DNA of 64,000 nucleotides, taken from Macrostomum lignano. Taxonomy: Eukaryota. The stretch covers positions 644,543 through 708,542 of the forward strand of contig NIVC01000200.1 of NCBI GenBank assembly GCA_002269645.1. Direction: 5' to 3'. Both the position numbers and the translations under genes were made by a program. Numbering within the stretch: the first letter of the stretch is position 1; each line of letters opens with the position of its first letter. This document shows, piece by piece, positions 49,601-59,350 of this stretch. The notes beneath the pieces are model-generated. The model worked only from the letters and a program-made list of their open reading frames with translations. It was not told where the DNA came from and ran no database searches.

Positions 49601-50579
49601 TATAACATCTTAGCAATACCCCCAGGCCTTGTCATCTCAGCAATCCCTCCCGTAAGAATTCAAGTCGAAAATTCTGCTTGACCTTTACAAAAAAGCATGT
49701 GAGTCATTCCAAATATGAGCACTGAACTCATTTCAAATAGTTCATTCCTTGACACAAACCGTCACAAAAAAATTACTGATCGAATGGTGCAAGTTTGAAG
49801 AAAATTTGTTGAGCCGTCTATCACACAGTTACGGACACTCATTTTTAGTATATTGGATGGACTAGCCATTTAGGCTCCCCTCCGGGGGGCGAAAAATGAC
49901 CCCCAAAGTAGTTTCCATTTGTGCCCGAGAGTAATTTAACTCATCAACAATGGAATGATGATTTCCATTAGTTAAATTACTTTTTCTCATTTATGGCAAA
50001 AGCCATTATCCCCAAGTAAGCAGCCAAAAAAGTTTCCTTCATCAGCCCAAAGCCTTTTTCTCAATCAGCAATTAATACTTATCTTAGCGGGATGGATCGT
50101 CATTAACCTGGGTATATTCTAGTTCCCGACAGCTCAATACGCCAATCCATGGCGGCCGTAGACCCCTCTTTATTAGCAGCAGTCGAAGAATCAAACTTCT
50201 TTACTAAAAATTTCCCGATAAACCTTCACATCTTAGCCATTCCCCAATGACCCTTGACATCTTAGCCATCCCCATGAGAAATGAATTCTTAGGAATTCCC
50301 CCATAAGTCTTTCATAGGTGACAGGGCGATTATTCTATGATTATACCCTAACCGTAACCCCCAAACTGACACAAAACCCTAATTCTAATATCATAAGTGA
50401 GTCTTAGTATCTTAGCAATTCCCCCATGAGCCTTGAGCCCTAGCATTTAAACAACTCCCTCATAAGCCTTGAAATCTCGACTTGCAATAGTAGCTAGTTT
50501 TATTTAATAGCTTGCTTTATACCAGACAGACAGACAGACACATACACAGAAAGACAGACAGACAGACAGACACACACAC

Positions 50580-50610
<31 letters not shown>

Positions 50611-53600
50611 CAGACAGACAGACAGACAGACAGAGACTCACTATAGACACCGCTGGACCCGAACTGAATGTTTGAAGGCCACTTGAGCGTCACGTTTCCG
50701 CGGGTGCCGTAGCGCAGGTCGGACCATTCCACCTGGTTGCCGCAGAACCGGTGTTTGTCATCCGTAGCCAGGGCGGCGACGTCCTCCCGGGTCAGAGTTT
50801 CGTTCCACATGTTGAAGTGGCTGATTTCGCCTAGCAAAGCGAATCTCATATCGAAATGATTGGAGGCATTCGGCGAGTTCTGTCCCAGGTAGAGTTCGGT
50901 TCGATTCGGCAGGGTGGCGCCTTCGGCGATGTTGGAGCCGCCTACGCTGCGTTTGATTTTCGGCGGCAGTGTGCCACCCTGCGGCGGTGTGATGTACACC
51001 TTCCAGTCGGTGCTGCGATTCCTCGGGTGCATCAGGTTCGTCCAGGCCAGGTGGTACCACTCGCGCGGACGCAGATTGTCGATCTGCAGGTTTAGGATTG
51101 GGGATTTAGGAGCGGATTAAGTCGGTCAGTTGCTCAATGACTATGAGCAGTCATTGAGAATTGTATGAGCTACCGAAACTCACTATATGAGCAGTCATTG
51201 AGAATCGTATGAGCTACTGGAACTCACTATATGAGCAGTCATTGAGAATTGTATGAGCTACCGGAACTCACTATATGAGCAGTCATTGAGAATTGTATGA
51301 GCTACCGGAACTCACTATATGAGCAGTCATTGAGAATTGTATGAGCTACCGGAACTCACTATATGAGCAGTCATTGAGAATCGTATGAGCTACCGAAACT
51401 CAGAATGAGCAGTCATTGAGAATAATGAGCTACCGGAACTCACTATATGAGCAGTCATTGAGAATCGTATGAGCTACAGGAACTCACTATATGAGCAGTC
51501 ATTGAGAATCGTATGAGCTATCGAAACTCAGAATGAGCAGTCATTGAGAATAATGAGCTACCGGAACTCACTATATGAGCAGTCATTGAGAATCATGAGC
51601 TACTGAAACTCACAATGAGCAGTCATTGAGAATCATGAGCTACCGAAACTCACAATGAGCAGTCATATAGAATCATGAGCTACTGAAACTCACAATGAGC
51701 AGTCATTGAGAATCATGAGCTACTGAAACTCACAATGAGCAGTCATTGAGAATCATGAGCTACCGAAACTCACAATGAGCAGTCATTGAGAATCATGAGC
51801 TACCGAAACTCACAATGAGCAGTCATATAGAATCATGAGCTACTGAAACTCACAATGAGCAGTCATTTAGAATCATGAGCTACCGAAACTCACAATGAGC
51901 AGTCATTGAGAATCATGAGCTACCGAAACTCACAATGAGCAGTCATTGAGAATCATGAGCTACCGAAACTCACAATGAGCAGTCATTGAGAATCAGATGA
52001 GCTACCGAAACTCACAATGAGCAGTCATTGAGAATCATATGATTTATTGGAAATCACTATGAGTAGTCATTCTAGATTTCTATATAAGCTACTGGAATTA
52101 TTACCATGAGCAGTCATACAGGTCTCATACGAGCTCCTATGAGCAGTCAAGCTAGCCAGAAAAAAACATTTCATAAAATTTAAGTGCTCACCTTGAACGA
52201 AAAGCTAAACTGAGGCGCCTCATTCGTTCTCCCAATCTGGAGCTCAGAATAAGTCTCGATGTGAAAGCGCCTATCGCTACCGCTGTACCAAATTCGCACA
52301 TAATTGCCGTGGCTGTCTTTGCGAAGCGAGAACAGCGTTCCAGTCTCATTGAGGTGGAACAGTTTAACGAATAGAGCGATGGTGAAGTTGTACTGCTTTG
52401 GCAGGATCTTTGTCCGGTTGTTAATGACAGCGTAAGATGCGTTGGCCCGGTTTGAGAACACCATACTTGAGTCCACCGCCAAGGCTGCGAGAGTCGAAGA
52501 CGGGTTTGGGGATTTGGAGAAAAAGTTTCCTTTAGCAGCTGGGGGTTTTCCGAATCTGATTCTTATCTGTGTGGGATTTTCACCGTGTGGGATTTTCAAC
52601 GTATGGGATTTTCGAGTGTGGGATTTTCTAAGTATGGGATTTTCATCGTGTGGGATTTTTGAGTGTGGAGTTTCGAGAGTGGGATTTTCACGTGTGGGGG
52701 ATTTTCGAGTGTGGGATTTTCACCGTGTGGGATTTTTAGCGTGGGATTTTCCAAGCATGGGATTTTCACCGTGTGGGATTTCCAACGTATGGGATTTTCA
52801 CCGTGTGGGATTTTCGAGTATAGGATTTTCGAGTGTGAGATTTTCTAAGTATGGGATTTTCACCGTGTGGGATTTTCGAGTGTGGGGTTTTCAGGTGTGG
52901 GGGATTTTCGAGTGTGGGATTTTCAGCGTTTGGGATTTTCACGTGTGGGGGATTTTCAGCGTGTGGGATTTTCACCGTGTGGGATTTTTAGCGTGGGATT
53001 TTCCAAGCATGGGATTTTCACCGTGTGGGATTTCCAACGTATGGGATTTTCACCGTGTGGGATTTCCAACGTATGGGATTTTCCCCGTGTGGGATTTGTG
53101 AGTATAGGATTTTCGAGTGTGAGATTTTCTAAGTATGGGATTTTCACCGTGTGGGATTTTCGAGTGTGGGGTTTTCAGGTGTGGGGGATTTTCGAGTGTG
53201 GGATTTTCAGCGTTTGGGATTTTCACGTGTGGGGGATTTTCGAGTGTGGGATTTTCACGTGTGGGGGATTTTCGAGTGTGGGATTTTTAGCGTGGGATTT
53301 TCCAAGCATGGGATTTTTACCGTGTGGGATTTCCAACGTATGGGATTTTCGAGTGTGGGATTTTCCAAGTATGGGATTTTCATCGTGTGGGATTTTCGAG
53401 TGTGGAGTTTCGAGAGTGGGATTTTCACGTGTGGGGGATTTTCGAGTGTGGGATTTTCAGCGTTTGGGATTTTCACGTGTGGGGGATTTTCAGCGTGTGG
53501 GATTTTCACCGTGTGGGATTTTTAGCGTGGGATTTTCCAAGCATGGGATTTTTACCGTGTGGGATTTCCAACGTATGGGATTTTCGAGTGTGGGATTTTC

Positions 53601-55189
53601 CAAGTATGGGATTTTCATCGTGTGGGATTTTCGAGTGTGGAGTTTCGAGAGTGGGATTTTCACGTGTGGGGGATTTTCGAGTGTGGGATTTTCAGCGTTT
53701 GGGATTTTCACGTGTGGGGGATTTTCAGCGTGTGGGATTTTCACCGTGTGGGATTTTTAGCGTGGGATTTTCCAAGCATGGGATTTTCACCGTGTGGGAT
53801 TTCCAACGTATGGGATTTTCACCGTGTGGGATTTGTGAGTGTAGGATTTTCGAGTGTGAGATTTTTTAAGTATGGGATTTTCACCGTGTGGGATTTTCGA
53901 GTGTGGGGTTTTCAGGTGTGGGGGATTTTCGAGTGTGGGATTTTCAGCGTTTGGGATTTTCACGTGTGGGGGATTTTCACCGTGTGAGATTTTCACCGTG
54001 TGGGATTTCCAACGTATGGGATTTTCACCGTGTGGGATTTCCAACGTATGGGATTTTCGAGTGTGGGATTTTCCAAGTATGGGATTTTCATCGTGTGGGA
54101 TTTTCGAGTGTGGAGTTTCGAGTGTGGGATTTTCACGTGTGGGGGATTTTCGAGTGTGGGATTTTCAGCGTGTGGGATTTTCAGCGTGTGAGATTTTCGA
54201 GTGTGGGATTTTCAGCTTGGCGTGTGGGATTTTCACCGTGTGGGATTTGCGAGTGTGGGATTTTCGAGCGCAGGGCTTAAGCACCACAGCTCCCATTGAC
54301 CCCATCCGCAGAGCAGCAGCTCACAGACGCAGGTGTAGGAGTTCCACATGAAGCCGGGTCCGCACTCGCAGTAGTATCCGTCTGGCCGGTCCAGGCACTC
54401 CGGACGGCAGTAAAAGTCCGCGTGGCACTCCGTCTCTGGAGGGGGATTGTCAGGGTTGGCTCGCAAATCCCGTTGAGGTCATCACTGACTCTCTCTAATC
54501 TAATCGGCGCCATTACTGACTCTCTAATCGGCGCCATCACTGACCCTCTAATCGGCGCCACCACTGACTCTCTAATCGGCGCCATCATTGACTTTAATTG
54601 GCGCCATTACTGACCCTCTAATTGGCGCCACCACTGACTCTCTAATCGGCGCCATCATTGACTCTAATTGGCGCCATTACTGACTCTCTAATCGGCGCCA
54701 CCACTGACTCTCTAATCGGCGCCATCATTGACTTTAATTGGCGCCATTACTGACCCTCTAATTGGCGCCACCACTGACTCTCTAATCGGCGCCATCATTG
54801 ACTCTAATTGGCGCCATTACTGACTCTCTAATCGGCGCCACCACTGACTCTCTAATCGGCGCCATCATTGACTTTAATTGGCGCCATTACTGACCCTCTA
54901 ATTGGCGCCACCACTGACTCTCTAATCGGCGCCATCATTGACTCTAATTGGCGCCATTACTGACTCTCTAATCGGCGCCATCATTGACTCTAATCGGCGC
55001 CATTACTGACTCTCTAACCGGCGCCATTACTGACTCTCTAACTGGCGCCATTAATGACCCTCTATAATCTGCAACTAACTCACTGAGCGCGTCGCTGATC
55101 GCAGTCTCAAACTCCAACGACTCAGTCGTACAGGCCAAGCAGCAGAGGACAGTGAGCAGATTGACACCGATGCTTAGTAACGATGCCAT
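30210..55189 (-). CDS. Adhesion GPCR: signal peptide-EGF-pentraxin/LamG-HRM-GAIN/GPS-7TM-acidic/Q-rich tail; 21 exons
   Basis: Phase-consistent GT-AG exons: 55084-55189, 54325-54435 (EGF), 52192-52484 and 50651-51083 (PTX), 44796-44939 and 44349-44467 (HRM: WPRT..VPCP, WSQPNYDRC), 43539-43694, 42719-~42950, 40647-40841, 39977-40061, 39166-39295, 38982-39031, 37157-37277 (GPS), 34482-34591 (TM1 SYIGCGVS), 34294-34393, 33707-33875 (HYFFLASFSWLMNEA), 32521-32587, 32377-32437, 31632-31717, 31355-31508 (FNCLQ|GIFF), 30210-30695. Confidence 0.88.
30735..31250. repeat. Purine-rich degenerate GAGGGTA repeat (intronic)
   Basis: Direct. Confidence 0.9.
31745..32300. repeat. (AACT)n microsatellite (intronic)
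   Basis: Direct. Confidence 0.95.
32600..33530. repeat. 9-bp-based GAGAGGGT(A/GA) array (intronic)
   Basis: Direct; it generates the spurious E/G/R-rich ORFs. Confidence 0.93.
37400..37702. repeat. (GACA)n microsatellite (intronic)
   Basis: Direct. Confidence 0.95.
39330..39942. repeat. 19/20-bp minisatellite (GTGCCATTTCCTTTGAGTGG), intronic
   Basis: Direct. Confidence 0.95.
40300..40560. repeat. 43-bp minisatellite (ATGTCTATGGCAGAATCCCCCATAGAGCGTACAGGATTTGGTT), intronic
   Basis: About six copies. Confidence 0.92.
40890..42671. repeat. 23-bp minisatellite (CTCCTGACACCCAAAGTGCCAAT), intronic
   Basis: Direct, ~1.8 kb. Confidence 0.97.
43960..44245. repeat. 17-bp minisatellite (CATACTGACATCATAGA), intronic
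   Basis: Direct. Confidence 0.93.
44500..44630. repeat. 24-bp minisatellite (AAATGAGTGTTTGCCTGCGGCGCC), intronic
   Basis: About five copies. Confidence 0.9.
45050..45240 (+). repeat. Diverged copy of the dispersed SINE-like repeat
   Basis: Colinear with 55850-56030 (CCYAAGGC..GTGYACATGCC..TGTACAC..TGTGTGAG..GCGCGCTTG..GCGGAATGGGCAG). Confidence 0.6.
45670..46155. repeat. 28-bp minisatellite (GCTCTTTAGGAGTTTCTGAGATGCTAAT)
   Basis: Direct. Confidence 0.95.
46810..48087 (-). CDS. Intronless Cys-loop ligand-gated ion channel subunit (nAChR-like, non-alpha), nested in a GPCR intron
   Basis: 425 aa with a signal peptide, loop A IWYPTIMVYN, Cys-loop CEFNMTEFPYDRHEC (C-x13-C), M1 YYFINIITP, M2 SGEKLGFGITIMLSYTVFLLLL, M3, a short loop and M4 (WVVAARAIERF). 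Confidence 0.95.
   Translation of the reverse strand: MFVALILLACLAVTSSATPDYEIRLMQYLKNNITNYSPLILPRINSSMVINVSVEVMISHLVSVDTAQQSMKISAYFQASWEEERLVWNPADFGGVRETRWEATQIWYPTIMVYNGNGNDQILVPQVPVTLGSLNPNQTLVTAFWRREFEFFCEFNMTEFPYDRHECELLFFFNNQGYSKTVFPIINQANPLRVMGIFKPSNEWTVTNASATVELKEFLITVGQPEIKLSTFVLRLSLKRVSTYYFINIITPLLLLTLLQVLVYFVPLESGEKLGFGITIMLSYTVFLLLLDGILPKSQKMPAIALFITAAMMLSTVSLLLTSLVMLFHFRPEGSRMPKCARAVFVRCLGRLLCVNGATASQVGQQSPAEAEGDGDCVRKPPAAEQKSNDSDWVVAARAIERFLSLFGVVATAVIIGSFLMRPYL
48308..49510. repeat. 34-bp minisatellite (TAGATGACTTACTGCAGGACATCTTCAGCAATTG)
   Basis: Direct, with some 39-bp variants; no spacers. Confidence 0.96.
50522..50636. repeat. (GACA)n microsatellite
   Basis: Direct. Confidence 0.93.
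51140..52145. repeat. ~40-44-bp minisatellite (ATGAGCAGTCATTGAGAATCATGAGCTACCGAAACTCACA), intronic
   Basis: Direct; the unit variant changes along the array. Confidence 0.94.
52570..54270. repeat. GTGGGATTTT-monomer array with ~235-bp higher-order period, intronic
   Basis: Landmarks recur at 53461 and 53696; repeat-derived ORFs recur at a 235-bp offset. Confidence 0.93.
54485..55060. repeat. 22/24-bp minisatellite (ACTGACTCTCTAATCGGCGCCATC) with 140-bp higher-order period, intronic
   Basis: ACTTTAATTG recurs at 54591, 54731 and 54871. Confidence 0.93.
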
Positions 55190-55734
55190 AATTATTTATC
55201 AAATAACAATAATTGTTAGGCAGGAAATATTGCAGTTACTAACTGTCGAGGCACTTTATAAACACATACAGAAGACTGGTTGTCCTCGCAAGGCTGTGTT
55301 ATGGATGTGTGGGCATCAGTGCTGCTCTGGGCCCGCAACTGACTACCCGCTGACCCCCTGCCTTGCTTACACGCACTCTCTCCTCCTCATTCTCATCCCC
55401 TGAACGAGGAGAAGACACTGCTGAGCTTCCCAAATCCCTCCCGAAGTAATGCTAGCTCTGCTCTTTCTCTCCCAGTTCCCTCTTTCTCCCCTTCTCCTTC
55501 TCTACTTGTATTTCCTCTCCTCAGCCACGCGTACTGTAGCCCCGTACTCAAGAAACGATTCGCTTTGCCCCCCAGTAGGCCCGCGTCCCTCATCGTGTCC
55601 TGGCGTAGTCCCCTTCTCCAGCGGGCGGGGGTCGATTTCTCTCGATCCCACAGCCACAATGTACGAGTACGTCGCCTAAGCTTGGATATGCAGCTATACA
55701 CTTATAATAGAAAGTGTGCCTACATCTATAACGG

Positions 55735-56030
55735 GGCAGGCCGTAGCCCAGCGGTCTAGCGCAGGCTCTGATGTGCAGTCACATTAATTTGGGGCTAAAT
55801 TGAAATCTCGGCTTGGCTCCGCCCGTGCAATTAACGGCCTGGAGGCCCAACCCCCAAGGCGCAGTGAAGTGTACATGCCTAACGATAAATAAAGTTAGGG
55901 CCGCTGTACACTCCTGTGTGAGTGCCTGTGCGTATCACTGCGTACGTATCCGCGCGCTTGTTTGCCTGCTCAGGGGAGTCGGCGGAATGGGCAGCAATGC
56001 CTCTCGCCGGTTGTGTGACAATGTCGCTTG
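55735..56030 (+). mobile_element. Most complete copy of a putative tRNA-derived SINE
   Basis: A-box-like TAGCCCAGCGG at ~55744, no clear B box, and a body shared with three other loci in the window. Confidence 0.45.
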
Positions 56031-56389
56031 AAGTGCTCCAAGCACCCCTGCCTCTAACTAAAAACTAAACCATATGCATGTATAACGCGACACTAGTGAG
56101 CACACAGAGACGAAGCAACTCGCGACAAGATATCCTGTTAAAGTTGAGACTAGAAGCGTTTCAATTTTTTCCTTTCCAACAGCTGGTATTTGGTAGCAAG
56201 GTGTTCGTGTAATGTTTGAGTTTTCACTGTTCGATTTTGAAAAGCTAAACAAAGTTTAAATTCGCAGCACAATTTTAATTGGTCTCCTTATCGGTTCGAA
56301 CTTTCACATTTTTAATATTTATTATCTGGGAATCTAGCTTGCAGATTGTATGTAGATTGTAATGCTGCAATACTAAGCATTGACAGTGA

Positions 56390-57030
56390 AGGACAGGTAA
56401 CTAGGATGTCCACTGGTCACTCAAGGACAGGTAACTAGGGTGTCCACTGGTAACTCAAGGACAGGTAACTAGGGTGTCCACTGGTCACTCAAGGACAGGT
56501 AACTGAGGTGTCCACTGGTTACTCGAGGACAGGTAACTAGGATGTCGTGTCGTAGCAATAAGTAGGACTCTTTTCTATTTGAGATAGCTCTTAGCTGAGC
56601 ACAGAATATACGAGACTTCAACTGATAGCCAAACCAGCCTTTATATTAACTTGACAACAACCGACGGCAACATGCCGCCTACATCTCGAGTACAGAGCGA
56701 TCCAACTTCAAGCTTTAGCATATAGATAGAAAGATGCAACGTGCCGCGCGCACACTAAGTACATTGGTAATGAGTACACTAGATATTAAGTACGCAGATA
56801 CGCAACGCGAGTCAGAGATAGTTAATGGGCCCCGCCAAGCGGCGCCACAGGTCACTTAAGGACAGGTAACTAGGGTGTCCACTGGTCACCCAAGGACAGA
56901 TCACTAGGATGTCCACTGGTCACTCAAGGACAGGTAACTAGGATGTCCACTGGTCACTCAAGGACAGGTCACTATGATGTCCACTGGTCACTCAAGGACA
57001 GGTCACTAGGGTGTCCACTGGTTACTAAAG
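56390..57030. repeat. 34-bp minisatellite (AGGACAGGTAACTAGGGTGTCCACTGGTCACTCA) split by a 302-bp insertion
   Basis: Direct. Confidence 0.92.
56548..56849 (-). mobile_element. Possible solo LTR inserted into the 34-bp array
   Basis: Unique 302-bp segment with TGT...ACA termini and TATAAA on the minus strand; no clean TSD. Confidence 0.4.
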
Positions 57031-57506
57031 GATGACCTAGAATTATATTGAAATATGCAATAAAGAAATAAAAAATCAAATACAATTTTTTCATAGCCAC
57101 AAAAATCAATTTTCTGTTTAAAGACAGACATCAACAACAGCATAGATATAGTAAAGATGCATTTGAAATTGATGTAATTTCTATAAGTTAATGACAGCTT
57201 GCAGCACAGCTTAAAACAACAACGTAAACATAATTGAACTATGAATAATCCTCAAAACATGCTACTTACAATACAATAGTAGGATAAATACGAGAAATAC
57301 CAATTGCTATTCACTGAGATATTAACAATTAGACAATTAAATTAGGATTAAATTAATTACACAAGCAAAGCACACGCCGCAATTCAAAGTAATTAGTCTA
57401 CAGTGAGTTGTTTACACTGACTCTTTAGAGTTTCTGGTCTCGGTAACTTTTTCAACGGGTTTTGGCTAATAAGCGATCAAAGAAGATTCCCCCCCCAGCA
57501 GCCCTG

Positions 57507-58634
57507 TCAATCGGTCAATTTCAGCTTCTCCAGCTGCTGCATCAAATCCAGTTTGCTAGCCAGCTTCTTTTCTTGATCAGAATCGGGTTTAGAGACGCTG
57601 CCGTCAGCTAGGCGGGCTTCCAGGGCTTCGATTTGACGCAGTTTCTTTTGTAGTTTGCGAATCTGCTGCTTGTTGTCTTCTTGCACTTGCTGCTGCTGTT
57701 GCTTCTTTTGCGGCTCCTGTTGCTGCTGTTTCGGCTGCTGCTGTGGTTGAGGCTAAAAATATCGGCGACAGTGGACGTTATTACAGTGAGATGACAGTGT
57801 CAGGAAAGTAAATAAAGTGTCATGGGGAGTTAATGAGGTGTCAGGGAGAGACAGTGAGGTGTCGGAAGAGACAGTAAGGTGTCAGGAGAGACAGTAAGGT
57901 GTCAGGAGAGACAGTGAGGTGTCAGCAGAGACAGTGAGGTGTCAGGAGAGACAGTAAGGTGTCAGGAGAGACAGTGAGGTGTCAGCAGAGACAGTGAGGT
58001 GTCAGGAGAGACAGTGAGGTGTCAGCAGAGACAGTGAGGTGTCAGGAGAGACAGTGAGGTCTTAAGAGCCAACGTGACAGACAGAGCAGGCGTCAGGATT
58101 AATCGAAATATGAAATATGCAAACCAACAATTGCTTCTGAAAAATGCAATCTACCTGTTGTTGCTGTTGTTTCTGCTTCCGCTTGCCAGTGGACTCGTTC
58201 CATTCGGAATTTGTCTCGGAAGCTTGCGGTTGCTGTGGCTTAGCCCCAGATGCTGATTGGCTGGGGGCAACCGGTTGAGACTGTTGTTGCTGCTGCTGTT
58301 GCTGCTTCTGTCGCTTCCTTCGAGCCGCCTTTGCCGACGAAGAGGACGCTATTGAAGCATCGCCAGCTGCCGACGTCGCTGCCGGAGCCTCCTTCGGGAT
58401 GATACGTAACGGCGGTGGGACCGCGGCAGCCGCAGCCGCCTCTGCTTCGCGTTGTTGAGCCGCCCGAGTCTTGTAGAGCGGCACCTCCTCCTGGGGTATG
58501 TAGCCTTCGCGGACGCGCACCGGCTTGCGCCAGGAACCGTCCGGCCTCTGGCTGGCCGGGATTATCAGCTGACCGTCGGCCGCTCGGACAACGCCTTCGC
58601 GTTGGATTCCCGCGGTAGAGTTGCCGGTTGACAT
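57507..58634 (-). CDS. PYM1: Partner of Y14 and mago (PYM/wibg); exons 58155-58634 and 57507-57752
   Basis: N-terminal [31 protein letters not shown] (Mago-binding motif) and C-terminal [15 protein letters not shown]...DQEKKL; in-phase GT-AG intron. Confidence 0.93.
57790..58062. repeat. 20-bp minisatellite (GTGTCAGGAGAGACAGTGAG) in the PYM intron
   Basis: Direct. Confidence 0.93.
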
Positions 58635-58645
58635 CACTTTGTTGG

Positions 58646-59350
58646 GCAGACGAGTGTACACTGCAGGGAATGAGGGGTTTGAGGGGAGTCGGTCGCGGGC
58701 AGACGAGTGTACACTGCAGGGAATGAGGGGTTTGAGGGGAGTTGGTCGTGGGCAGACGAGTGTACACTGCAGGGAATGAGGGGTTTGAGGGGAGTTGGTC
58801 GCGGGCAGACGAGTGTACACTGCAGGGAATGAGGGGTTTGAGGGGAGTCGGTCGCGGGCAGACGAGTGTACACTGCAGGGAATGAGGGGTTTGAGGGGAG
58901 TTGGTCGTGGGCAGACGAGTGTACACTGCAGGGAATGAGGGTTTGAGGGGAGTTGGTCGCGGGCAGACGAGTGTACACTGCAGGGATAGAGGGGTTTGAG
59001 GGGAGTCGGTCGCGGGTAGACGAGTGTACACTGCAGGGAATGAGGGGTTTGAGGGGAGTCGGTCGCGGGCAGACGAGTGTACACTGCAGGGAATGAGGGG
59101 TTTGAGGGGAGTTGGTCGCGGGCAGACGAGTGTATACTGCAGGGAATGAGGGGTTTGAGGGGAGTCGGTCGCGGGCAGACGAGTGTACACTGCAGGGAAT
59201 GAGGGGTTTGAGGGGAGTCGGTCGCGGGCAGACGAGTGTACACTGCAGGGAATGAGGGGTTTGAGGGGAGTCGATCGCGGGCAGACGAGTGTACACTGCA
59301 GGGAATGAGGGGTTTGAGGGGAGTCGGTCGCGGGCAGACGAGTGTACACT
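58646..59350. repeat. 53-bp minisatellite immediately 5' of the PYM start codon
   Basis: 13 periods plus a partial copy; the unit contains CCCTGCAG|TGTACACTC on the PYM sense strand. Confidence 0.95.

Noticed and set aside
52442-54351. WDF/GIF-rich ORFs
   Set aside because: Translations of the GGGATTTT array, antisense to the GPCR intron.
55740-55830. tRNA gene
   Set aside because: Only an A-box-like head; no B box or cloverleaf, and it continues into a dispersed repeat body.
57830-58062. 11-bp GTGTCAGGAGA shared between the PYM-intron unit and the reverse complement of the 23-bp unit
   Set aside because: Too short to establish common origin, and in opposite orientation relative to transcription.
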